A DNA stretch of 63,258 bases, filler included, from Perkinsus chesapeaki ATCC PRA-425 (taxonomy: Eukaryota; Protista; Perkinsozoa): assembly GCA_013115145.1 (NCBI GenBank). It is 5 parts of 5 records of this genome, joined end to end, with 100 filler letters (N's around TTAATTAATTAA, not from the genome) between each part and the next. Parts side by side here need not be neighbours in the genome. Positions count along the whole stretch, not along the records: positions 31,140 to 52,127 come from JAAPAO010000606.1; 4 more parts are not named here. One strand, 5' to 3'. Below are positions 34,701 through 46,901 of this stretch, piece by piece. The notes under the pieces are model-generated. The model searched no databases and was not told the DNA's origin. It saw only the letters and a list, made by a program, of their open reading frames with translations. The position numbers and the translations under genes were made by a program. Every line of letters starts with the position of its first letter. The stretch's first letter is position 1.

Positions 34701-37700
34701 TTCCAGAAGGCATGCGTTTTATGTTTCATGTGAGCCTAGGAACACTCCTCCTACGTATAAAGAACACTTTCCCGTCCCCGGGAAATGAATCTCTATGGGA
34801 ATAGATGACTTCATGGTTGAGGAAATGGAGCTTAAAACGAAACGTATGAGTTATCGACAAGTTTTGAGGAGTTCGCGTGGCTGACTAGTCGAGGGTCGCC
34901 GAGTTGAAAAATGACCCGACTTGTGGATTCAATCTTGACTGACTAATGTTAATGCCAGCACTCCTCAGATAAAAGTCCTTTCGTCCGCCGGTCAAGAGCT
35001 TCTGGTTCAACTACCTTTTGCAGCTGCAAAAGACTTCCCGGGACTCATGGACGATCTTGATGCGGAAGTCGAGGGTCAGAAAGATGAACTCAAGGGACTG
35101 GTGAGCTTTGTCGATTATGCTGCATTTTTTCGCGGATGCGCCCGGCACTAGTAGGCCGTTTCGCAGCTTGTTTGAGTGTTTTCGGCATGGTATTCTTCGT
35201 GAGCTTCAGAACTGATCGACATTTCTCAGCTGCGTCAGTACTGTCCTGTGGTAACTTTGTTGGCATTGACTTTGGACATTTCCAGGCTCGCAACTTGACA
35301 TAGAAAGTGTCTCTCCTCCTGCGAGGTAATTCTTCTTCTTTGCAGTTGGTAGCGTACGGTGTTTCGGTGACCAACTTGGAGGAAGTGTTCCTGAGGGTGG
35401 CAGATCCTCACTCAGAGGAGGATTCGGTCGGTGCTGTAGCACATGCAGGGTAAGTATAGGATCTACGGCTTTCATAGCCTTGTAATCTTGTGCTCCGATG
35501 TAGTCTAGCTGGTTAGGATATCTGGCTTTCACCCAGACGACCCGGGTTCGAGTCCCGGCATCGGAATCATTTTAAGGGGGTCCTTCAGGAATCCATCTCT
35601 CAGTGCCGTGGTTCCCGTTGATGCTTCCAACGAGGCTCTCCCTGCCACTGTGGAGGATGAAGAAGATAGCAAAGTACCTGCTACTGTCGTGAACATTGAA
35701 GAGGATGAGCCGGTCATCGAACCCGCGACCAGAACTGAACAGACGATGGCCTTAATACAGCGAAGGTAAAGGGGGACATGGTTTGAACAATCACTTGATA
35801 TTGTGGAGTTGGAGAAGCATGGGATTATATGAAAAGCTTCACCAAAGAAGCTTTTACATTTACGCGGATTTTGGTAGCATCTCTAATGGAGAGTGTAGGA
35901 GGCAGACGCCCTACGTGATACGTCTTATCGCCGCCATGTGCCTATACGTTCTGTTATGACACAAAGCCTTACTTCACTTGGTTCTTTTAATTCCCCACGG
36001 TTAAACAATCTAAGCAAGACGTTTCGGAATTCTGGACTTATAAAAACACGGGGAGAGTCTCTATTCCACGGATAAGAGTAGATCCTGAGGAATTCTCTAG
36101 AAGAGTCGCAGTCTCTAATAGAGGGAGTCACGCTTTCCTGTGACGCCTATCCATCTCTTGTTGTTTAGTCTCATTCCTTTCCCACGGTTCCCCCCTGACT
36201 TCTCCGTCAACTCCCTACATAGACTCGCTTCCTCAGGATCCGCTTCGGCCTCCGAGATCGTAAGATGTTCGTTTGTCAACTTCTCCTGCCTTTGCTGCTC
36301 CTCACCGGATCGTTAGCTCTGGTCAAGCAAGGGGCAAATGAACGGGTAAGGATACTATTCGATATCTCGCCACTCTGAGCGGTCACGTTGCTCTACAAAA
36401 TCGTCCGTTCTGCCTTCGATATTGTTTTCTGACGGAACTAGTTTGTGCACTCAGCAAGCAAGAGCGCACTCGAATGGCGTGACAAAGTGTTCATTTACAG
36501 TACTCTCGAAAATGAAGTTGCTATTGGTTGAACTTAATCATATAAGCTAGATAATATCATCACTTATTCGTAATGATTTTACTCGTTTGAAATTAAATAG
36601 CTGCCACGCTTCTTGTCGCCTCGTACCGTTCTCTGCACTGTCTCGTTGCTTGGACGTCTCGATCATCTCGTGTGCTACATGAAAAGATCTTGATTCTCCC
36701 TCAGATTGCACCACCATTGATAATAAGTTCATCGGACCTAAACGTGCCGCTTCAGAAAGCCAAATCTCCTCGTCCGTGGCACATCATCCATGCTGGGGGC
36801 GATGCAGACGTTAGTAAGGATCTCACTTTCACGGAGGGCGACTTCTCCGGCTCATTTTGCGATGCTCGGGGATTTGTTGCTTCGCAATACGGAGAGATAA
36901 CCTTGGGAGTAAAGTTTAGGAGAATTTTCCGAGAATTTTCGGGGGGCTTTAAGAAAATTCCGGTCTAGTTTGGCGTGATAAGATGTATCTCCCATCATGG
37001 GAGATGGGAGTCCCATGGCGATTCGGCGATAATTTCGTGGCTTTTGCGGCTGAGACATGCCGTTTTGGATGTCGATACTGTAGGCCCGTATTGGTCTCCT
37101 ATCTGCACCACTCCTGATGACTATTGTGACACTCTAAGCACTGTGGCGATGCCGACTGGGCAGACCACAGAGTTGAATGCGATGCAGAGCCATCTGCGGA
37201 ATGAACGGAACGCCTATGAGGTGGGAGGAAGGAGGGATGGATGGTGGAGGAGGAAAATTAGGTCACGATTCTGTAGTGTAGCTAGAAGCACTGAAATATT
37301 GTGCTTTCCTCTTTGAAAGAAGATGATCTTAGATTTCTGATTTCGAAAAAAAATATTTTCTTAATCGAAAATAAAAAGTCGATGTACAGAAGGTCAAAGG
37401 AAGTGAGCAAATTTTATATCAGTCTTATTATCAACGATTGATTGACGACGATTTCGTCGTCGTCGTCATCATCATCGTGGCCAAAAAGATACCTTAGACT
37501 CAGCACAGTATATATACGAGTACAGAGTATTTCTTGAAATTCTACTGATGAAGCTTAATAGATGCCAGGAATGCGATTAAGAGGCAGATAGGTTGAATAA
37601 TTCCACTGTGAAAAGCGTTTTATTGCACTGGTAGCCCTCCGTGCTTTGTGGCCCGCTTCACCGTGAATTTTCCGCCTAGTCCCGAAGTATCTGTGTCTCA

Positions 37701-40700
37701 TGTTTAGGCCTCTTCCTACATAGCCTTCACTCATCTCGATAATGCCACCGATCTCCAGAGGGAATCCGGCGACCCGACTGAGAAGATCGTCTTCTGGCAC
37801 AACCTTACGGCTACGGCATCTTCAGCGATTGCTTTGAACAGTTATGTTAATGCTTGGTTCGCTGCCCATGGAACAGATGTGAAGGTCGGTCGGGGAGGAA
37901 GGCATGTAGCTTCATCGGGAGGAGGTGCAATGGGAATTTCGAGGGAAAATTTGTTTCTAGATTGGAAGGTCATGTGAAATTTTTCCTTTCTTTTGCGCCT
38001 GAAATCTGACGTTCCTCTTTTACTCTCGGAACAGCTAGGGCATGCTATTCCCACGTCATATAATATATGAATAATTATAGTCTATTGGATTAGTATAATA
38101 ATAAGAATTTGAGTTAATATATAAATAAAGGCATTTGATACATGTATTGATTCATCATAGTATTGTCTGATATTATCATAGTTATGATATATCATAATGA
38201 GCTATATAAAGTATTAATTGATAAATAGGCTTATATCAGATATAACTATACATTATATATCTATTAGTGAATATCCCGTTCTCTGTTTGCTAGGAGCAGG
38301 CCTTGATCGGCTCATGTGTGTCAGGTTACAGTGGTGAATCACCCTCTGCCGCAGACCTTATTCGAAAAAGGAATATCCGTCGTTGTGTCGGGAATTTTGT
38401 CTACAATAGTAAGGGGAATGTGCGTGCAGTTTCATACCGTATTTTCCACTATCAGGCTGTGATTTGGGCATTTGCTTTCATACCGGCGGGGATCTGCAGT
38501 TATATAGTTATGGAGAAGGAGAAGGATGTTCGGTCGCAGCTGGCCATATCTGGGTGAGGTTCTTTTTTCTTGCGCGCCACGAAAACAGTTGAATATTATA
38601 GAGTTCGAAATATGGATTCTAAACCTTGGTGCTGACAAAGCTGGAGCGCAGAAAATATCCAGGCGGCACAAGAATAATCCCAGTTAACAGATTTATTAAC
38701 AATTCCAACAATTGGGATTCCAATCTTCACGATCGAATCCTAGAAGGTCGCTTTTTGTGTTTTCCAGAAGGAAAGAGAAAATAACAGAATTCGGTAGTTG
38801 GACTACCGAAACTCTTGTATGTTGGCAAACTACTGTATTTATCACGTTGAAAAATTGTCTGTTACATACTCTCCCTGAGACGCAAGTACGTCTATTAGCC
38901 TCCGGCCATCACTCGGCATCACGGTAGATCGTTTCTATGTGTTATTTTCAGGTGCTCTACCAGCGCCTACTGGCTAGCGCATTTCCTGTTCGACACCGCC
39001 TTCAATTTGGTTGCTGCAGTGGCAGCCATTGTGGTGTTTTACGCGTTCAACATGGAGGCATTCACTGACTCCGATAAAATAGGACCGACTATTATGTTGT
39101 TGTTGCTCTTTGCTCCATCTGCATCAACGTGAGTTGGCAATGAATTCGATTTATCATTTCGGGAATGTTCTGGGATGATAACTTTCGATGTTCTGTCTTT
39201 GCATAGTTGTTTGGTATCCCCGCACTCAAGATAATTGATATCCTACCTCGGTGTCAGGGACAGTCTGAAGACTTTGAGGAAGCCATATAGCTTATTTCAG
39301 TGAAATACTATTACCAATATATATTATCAGTCTTATTTATATATTATCATTTTTATTTATATATTATCATTTTCATTTATATATATTCAATCTACCCTCG
39401 GCTTGGACACAAACCTTCAGGTACGCTTACTTGATCTCGTTCCTCTACAGAACTCAATTCTCAGCCCAGACAGTTACAATCGTGCTGAACATCGCCGTTG
39501 GGACAATTGTTGTCATTGTTGTGTCGGTGCTGCAAACTATTCCAGAGGAGTTTTGTGAAGATTGTTTGGTAAGTATCGTGGCGCAGTGCGCAAGTGTTAT
39601 GCGGAAAGAGTATAGAAGCCGAATCGACTTTAACATGCCTCATTTCAAAAGGCTCATTTATTCATTCTATTATAGTGCATGTTTTTAAAATGCCTTCTGT
39701 CAAAGTCGTTTCATGATCATTTTCAGGTTACGCGTCAAATACGCTCTTCCATATTCTCCTCTTTGAACTTGCCTTTATATTCTCCTATTTAAACTTGCCT
39801 TCATATTCTCCNNNNNNNNNNNNNNNNNNNNNNNNNNNNNNNNNNNNNNNNNNNNNNNNNNNNNNNNNNNNNNNNNNNNNNNNNNNNNNNNNNNNNNNNN
39901 NNNNNNNNATCTATTTAAACTTGCCTTTATATTCTCCTATTTAAACTTGCCTTTATATTCTCCTATTTAAACTTGCCTTTATATTCTCCTATTTAAACTT
40001 GCCTTTATAACGTCTACCCCTTATTTTGATATCTCGTCTCCTGACGTGGACCATGTCTCCCATCCAGGTTGCCGGCAACGCTCTAATGTGGATCTTTCGC
40101 TTCATCCCCCCCTTCGCCTTGGGCTTCGGCTTCTACCGCCTTGCCATCTACGTTTCATTCCTAGGAGTTGATCCATGGGGATCAGAAATATTCGGTACGA
40201 CTGCTGTCCCCGTTGCACAAAGAATCTGCACGCGTTCAGGTACTTGTACAGAGAAAACGCTGGGAACTCGGAGTGAATGCTACGGTGGTGTTGCCGATGA
40301 CTTGGTCTATCTTGCCCTCGCGGGAGTAGCGTATCTTGGTCTGTGCATCTGGCTAGACTACCTCGGAACTAAGGGACATTGGTTGTCGTATAAAGTGAAG
40401 CTTGAGCGGAAATGGTAAGTAGTGTTGAATGGCTTTTACTATTACTTCAAGTTATACGCTCTTCACTGCATACCCGTACCGCCGCTTGAGTTGTTTGTGG
40501 CAAAAACGCTAATCTTAAGGACGAATTGGGTAATTGTGTATGAATTGGTGCCCCTGTAGCGCAATATTCGGATGTATGGAAATATGGTGGAATGAAGCGT
40601 TTCACTGGTGGAGCCTTGGTTCGCCGTTGCCTTTGCCGAGCTACAAAGTCCTAAGGTTAAACATTTTAAAGTAAAAAAACTGCAGGACCTCGTGAGTCTA

Positions 40701-43700
40701 TAGCTTCCTATTTGGAGGGACTGATATAAATATTACGTAAATGGTTCAACTTATCGTGTGGGCGTACATAACGTACCGCCGTACGCACGTATACGAGCTA
40801 CTGTTACATTACGAATATGTTACACATGACGCTACCGTAGTGCATTAACTCGGTGCAACGGTCTCCTTTGCGATTAGAAAACTGAAAAGTGCGTGTTCGG
40901 TCAGTTCTGTGCCAGAGGATCAGCTTGCGCCTGAGGATGATGACGTCACAGCTGAGAAGGAGCGAGTCGCTGGATTGGACAAACGACAGCAGATTCTGGC
41001 AGTTGATAATGTTAGAAAATGGTAAGGAATATAGTACGCGCAATCTAAAGCGCGCGTTTGGTTTTACCGGCATAACTTCTTAACCAGACCACATATTGAC
41101 CTGAAATTTTGTGTAGACACTGTAATAAGTCTCTGTTTTGGGATAGAGATATTGAGATAGTTGGGTGATGTTTTTTGATGTGAGCCGCATATCATTGCCA
41201 ATGATTCATTGGTGTCGATCACCTGTTTGGTGATTTATAGTATATTATTAGTAGCTACTTACCGATACTCAGCACTCCCGCCAACTCTGGCAGCACAGCG
41301 GGCATCTTCGTGCGGTTGACATAGTCTTCTTCTGAGAATAGGATCAATAAGTCAATCTTATGCCCATGAATCTTGACCAATCAACTTCGAGTGCCTTCTC
41401 ACGGTCACCGAAATTGCTGTATGAATACTTTTTGATGAGTTGGTGAATTTATTACTTTCTTTAGTTACCTTCCCCGTGGTTCTCTCACGGCAGACCCATC
41501 TCGAGCAGTTCACGCAGTAAAAGGCGTGTCATTTGCGGCGGATTCTGGACAAGTTTTTGGATTGCTCGGAGTCAACGGCGCTGGGAAGACGACGACGTAA
41601 GGAAGTCTTTCTCGTTGCAAAATGTGTTACTCTTGGACGAAAAAAGTTCTAGTGCGGAGGAGAATTCAGATGATTCGGATGGCAAGTACATTTCTAGACT
41701 ACAGATGGAATGCTTCTTATGAGAACATTGGATATTTTTATATGACTGATTCCTGAATCTCAGTTGGGCTCATTTTTTTCGAGAATCGTACCAGCTCTTT
41801 GTAGGCGTTCAACATAATGATTATGAGTAGTATTGGTATGCATTTCGCATGGTATAGGTTTACTCTTTCCCGTATATGTTATTGTCCGTTGGTGTAGCAA
41901 AGGTCATTAACTCAAAATGGAGGTTAAGGGATAAAACTATCTATAAATATGGATACAACTACGCTACAGATCAATAAGCTTTGTGATAGCTGCACTGTCC
42001 CTACTGGGACACCGCATTACACAAACGGTCATCTTGGGCATCAACAGTATATAAGCCCCCCCTCGGCGGCGGCATTCCTTGAACTGCATTACATTGCGTA
42101 GTTATAATCTTAAGTCGAGTTGGCGTCCAATTGTTATTTGCGCAATAGCACCGAGATGCTTGTGGTTCAGGTTCAAGATAATGTGTGGTTTGTACGCCCC
42201 AACGGCAGGAGAAGTATGGATTGCTGGCTCGACTGTTACTAATGATGTGAGCGATCGAGAGCCTGCTTGGGAGTAGTTCAGTTCTTCCGGTTTGAGTAAA
42301 TATTTCCTATGGCGTCTCGGGAGGGAGTAGAATATTTTTGAGGAAGTCCTTCGAAACATTCTGCTCGTGACTGTTGGCATGTCTCACGTTTTTGGTGGCG
42401 ATCTTCTACGCTCGTACAGTGAAATTTTTTGGGGAATTTTAGCGGGCATTATCTATTGGACGCCCTTTCTTAAAACCCGTTATTCTTTGAAAGCATGTGG
42501 TGTTTGGCAAGATTAGATGATCTAGTTTTGGGACATCAGACCTCACCAGATCTTTAACAAATCCTTAACTCGTATCTGCCGCGCAAATGGGCTACGTGTT
42601 TTCCTCAGAACAGAAATTTACGTTTTCTGGAATATTCCAGACCTGCTAGATCTCCTGTCGATTTTTTAGACGGCTCGTTGCCGAAGGAATCTGGGGTACT
42701 GCCCACAGTTCGACGCCCTGTTGGAGAGGATGACAACGAAGGAGCATCTGGAGCTGTATGGCAAGTTGAAGGGCCTTAAGGGAGAGCTGTTGAGATCGTC
42801 GGTAGAGAACACGCTGAAGCAACTTTCATTGGAACCGTAAGGGGCGTGGGTTCGAGCCCGGCATGTCGCATTTTCTATATTTTCAGGTATAAGGACAAGC
42901 GAGCTGGAAGTTTAAGTGGCGGGAATAAGAGAAAGCTTTCTGTTGGAATGGCCATTGTAAGCTTACCTTTTTGAGTATTCAAACAGCCTACTGAATAATA
43001 ATATAATATCGCGTTTGTCGGAAAGTCCCGTCTGTATGAGCTCACCCGTGGTGCAAACTCGGACAGATATGTTCACATACAACTACAGTGTGTTCGATTT
43101 TGATAATCCAAAACGAAAAAACTTCATAATTTCATAAATTCAGGGACTAAGAACATGACACCTCATCAAAACTGTACACACTCGAACACACTGTAGAGGC
43201 CTGGTGTCAAAGTCTCTAGTCTCACCTCGTTCTGGTTGATGAGAGCTGGAATTCACTTACATATGTATGGCTTAGCTGGGCTAGAATAGCTCCGATGCGT
43301 TAGCTCTACCATGCAGATTCTGCATCACCGTAATGTCATTACGCCGCATACGATTGTCTAAGGAAGATACTGCGGAAGGTGACTTCGATTTTCTAAATCC
43401 TCCCCAGTGTTAACTTTCCCCGTTCAAAGTCCCATTTCTCTTCAACCCGAAAAGATGGAAGGATCACATATTGTTACTCGTATAATGGCTTCTCAGATTG
43501 GTCGTCCTCGCATTGTATTTCTGGATGAGCCAAGTACCGGTATGGATCCGGTGTCGAGGCGGTTCCTCTGGGGAGTTATACAGCAACTGGCTACTCATCG
43601 TAAAAGTGTTGTGGTGCTCACTACGCATTCGATGGAGGAGGCTGAGGCTCTTTGTTCGAGGATCGCCATTCAAGTAGGCTCGAGGGGAGATATGCGATAG

Positions 43701-46021
43701 GCTCATTTCATTGTTTTCCGCGTGATATCCCACAATTACTTGCCGCGGAATACGGCAAAGAGTCGCATCTCCTGTTACCGATAGATTGATGTGTACTGTG
43801 AAGCTTACTAAGGCTCTTAAATTTCGGCATGCGCAGTACTAGTACTCTTGCTTGCATGTATGGATTACTAAAATGTCGGTTTACGCTATCAGTGAGAGTT
43901 ATAGTAGGCTTGGCGCGCGAGACGATTTGGGAGAAAACTTGGGGTAACTCGGACGATACCAACTCAACGGTTGAGTTATCGTCGTATAAGGTTGTGTCTC
44001 AACTTTTAGGGCTAGCATGTGAATCAAATGTCTCTTTCAGGTTGGAGGCCAATTTCGCTGTTTGGGTTCTCCGCAGAGATTGAAGACTAGATTCGGTAAA
44101 GGGTATGAAGTTAGTCTGAAATACGAGAGTGTTACTGATGAAGCTTCGGATGATATGAGAAGTGAGTACATTGCTTTTGGTTACGGTGTAGAATCAGTGA
44201 CTGGCATCGGTGGGTGGGTATATATAGGAAGAGGAAGACGAACTGCTCCCATAGGGAATGCGACTTGATGCTCTTTGTGAGCTGGAAACATATTTTTTTA
44301 TAAAGGTTAACTTCATAGCTCAGCACGAAGAACACTACTGAGCCATCTAAGACACGTTTACGTGATGTAGATGAAGTTTAGGAAATGTATTTGCAAAAAT
44401 TGACCGTGACTGCCCAGAAATATCCATACGAATGGTTCTGACCGGAAATCAGGAAGATACTTATTAACTGAGCTTTGTGAAGAGAATCTAGTGATTACTG
44501 GTAGTAGCCCTCTTCTCTCAGAATCTTGGGGTATCGCCTCAAGTTCGGACGGCAGCAGCGATTCGACTTTGACGCAGCTCAGCGTTGAAGATGTGCGTGC
44601 TATACTGGATAAGGTACCTTCTCTACGGTTCGTTTTCCTGTTTGCAATACTGCGCTGCTTTTGACGCCGGAACCCATCTCTATGGTATCTATACGTTTTT
44701 AAGGACGTAGTTATTCGTATTTTATTCATCATACGAAGGAGCGAACCCACATTGGGATTGAGCAGCCGTTCAGACATAGTGAGCTCGCGAATATTCTCAT
44801 TGAAGCATCTTAAGTGTTGAAATATAATAAGATATGGAATTTTGCAACTGGCTGCCCTTTTACAAAGTTCACTTCCACTATATAAATCACACAATTCCTG
44901 TCTATCGCAAAACTGCCGTACTATCGTATTACTAGCTTTGTCAACACTCTTCACTGCCCTTTCTCGCGACTAGCTATGAGCCCAATCTATAATTGTTGTG
45001 TTACAACGACTACGCTATCCCTAGTTAAGAGATAGTGCGCACTGGTAAATCAACCGTGCTTCGGCAACCTCGCATGTTTACAGTTGAGAAACCATCAAGT
45101 GGTATTGGGAAACTCCGAATGCCGACCGGGCACCGTCTTGCTGTGTTACCACGAACCTGTATGCTCAGGTTCCCGATCGTCTGGCCAGAGCGAGCTCCCT
45201 CCCCGGCGCTGTTCTTAGGGCAGCCGACGAGCAAGGAAGGTTGGTTTCCTGGCAGTCTACGAAGTTCATCCGTGGCGTTTCAGCTCGGCCGTTCTTGTGT
45301 CGGACGTCATCTCCTGGGTGGACCTCGACGAAAAACTGGTGAAGCTGGAAGCATTCCTCAAAGCCTCCGGTATCGGCAGCTCTGTCCTCTTGGAGCGTCA
45401 CGGTATCACGACTCCGACAGCTTCGTGAAAAGTGCAGCTGTTTCAGGCACGAACGTTAAGTATGCTTTAGTCCCGGAGGGCTTTGATGGAGAGGGTCAAA
45501 AAACGGGAACAAGTTCGATGAGAATTGGTGAGACTTTCGTTATGCACTAGCCGGCTTCGTCATGTGCCCTTCAGGCGAGATATTTGGCCTTTTCTTGGAC
45601 GCCCAGGAGAAGCTGCATTTCAACGATTTCCAGGTGGAAGTCTGTTTGAAGGGGCTTTGGCCCTTGTTGGGTGTTATAGAAGAATGTTTGCAGAGACTGT
45701 CTCCTTTGGGGCCAGGGACGAATTTTCCATTTTCCAAAATTTTTCGTTTTTCGCAACTCCTCCGCATTAGAAAAACGTTTCGATCGCCGAAAAACATATT
45801 TCTGTGAGGATAGATCACTCTCGGTGGAGCTGACATGCACGAATGCAATAATTTCAATCCGCGCCAAGCTCTTCTCGAGGATGAAACTGAACGCCAGAGA
45901 AAAGAATCGCTGATGCATCAGTCTGAAAATGTTGTGATATTATTGGTACTGTTTTTAGATATCTCAAACTACACTCGAGAGGATATTCAACGCTTTCGCT
46001 ATGGGAGCTGTATCGGTCTAG
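31742..46021 (+). CDS. Full-size ABCA-subfamily transporter (TMD-NBD-TMD-NBD), many exons
   Basis: NBD1 [26 protein letters not shown]; [13 protein letters not shown]; second [17 protein letters not shown]; NBD2 [35 protein letters not shown]; end [20 protein letters not shown] at 46021. Confidence 0.93.
35494..35566 (+). tRNA. tRNA-Glu (anticodon TTC)
   Basis: Acceptor stem TCCGATG/CATCGGA, anticodon loop CTTTCAC, T-arm GGTTCGAGTCC, T-run about 4 nt downstream; lies in ABCA intron 35450-35588. Confidence 0.93.
39751..40008 (+). repeat. 26-bp tandem repeat spanning a gap (ABCA intron)
   Basis: atattctcctatttaaacttgccttt units on both sides of the N-run. Confidence 0.9.
43084..43195. mobile_element. 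MITE, Tc1/mariner-like (TA target duplication, CAGTG termini) in ABCA intron
   Basis: ta-cagtgtgttcga ... tcgaacacactg-ta; 15-bp perfect inverted match 43083-43097 / 43182-43196. Confidence 0.65.
44358..44954 (-). mobile_element. Antisense ORF in ABCA intron, possible Mutator-like transposase remnant
   Basis: 198 open codons, no ATG start; NENIRE...[15 protein letters not shown] loosely resembles the MULE C-terminal NN..E...HPNI..LI motif. Confidence 0.3.
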
Positions 46022-46454
46022 AAGTGACTTTGTGTTCTTTACTAAGTACTTACTCTCAGTCTGTACAGTTTTACTCTGTGTGCAGCTGAGCTTTTCGGTG
46101 TCCGATTCAGCAGCTGGCCACTAGCTTCTTTCGATCACCAGGATCTTGTGAGTTTTTTTTGTTCGGAGCATCAAGTGCTTTTATTTAAGTTGGTCGCATT
46201 GCATGTCTTGCGTGCATTTAAGTGTGCTAGTTGAAGAGAGAGTTGAGTTTGTCACAGTAGGGGCAGTTTCATCACGGGATCATTTGGTCTTAACGACTCC
46301 CCGTTTGGAGGCTCCAAAAGCTCCAAATTGGAGCTTTCAGTCATGGGTGAGCCAGGGAGACAACCGTGCAAATGTAAAACTCAAATGTGATGACCTATAA
46401 CTGAACCACGCGCCATTGTACTCAAGTTAGTGCCTATCCTTACCACCGAGACCA

Positions 46455-46820
46455 TCATAACTTTTTTGCCTGATGCATGTCAAGCAATTGGCGATTGCGT
46501 AGCAGTTGGATCCGGCAAAAGTAGTCAGTCCAGATAACAGAGGTGTGATCATCCCTACCTCGGGTGTATCGTTGCCAGTCCTGATAGTGCGAGACGACAG
46601 TACGGGTTTTTAATGAAATCAGCCAGCGACTGTCGTACTGTTTTTCGGTTGTAGAGTGCAGTCGATGGGCCAGTCGGAAAAGGGAAGATGCCCCTAGCGG
46701 ATAGTTACTGTACGTAACTCGATCATCGAGTGTCGATATGATGCCACCGTAATGGTGTATCTTAGTGCGATCACTAATCATCTGCCAGCATCTGATAGTA
46801 GTTGCATGGCTCGCCTTCAA
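46455..46820 (-). mobile_element. Possible degraded Gypsy integrase Zn-binding region
   Basis: RLAHRLH...RW...VVSHYQDWQR loosely resembles an H2C2 domain with lost Cys. Confidence 0.25.
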
Positions 46821-46901
46821 CGAGTCGTGCTCGCCTTTCTAACTCTGGTGTCTCTCCCTCTATCGATGATTCAATAGATGCCCAACCTCTCTACCTTATA
46901 T

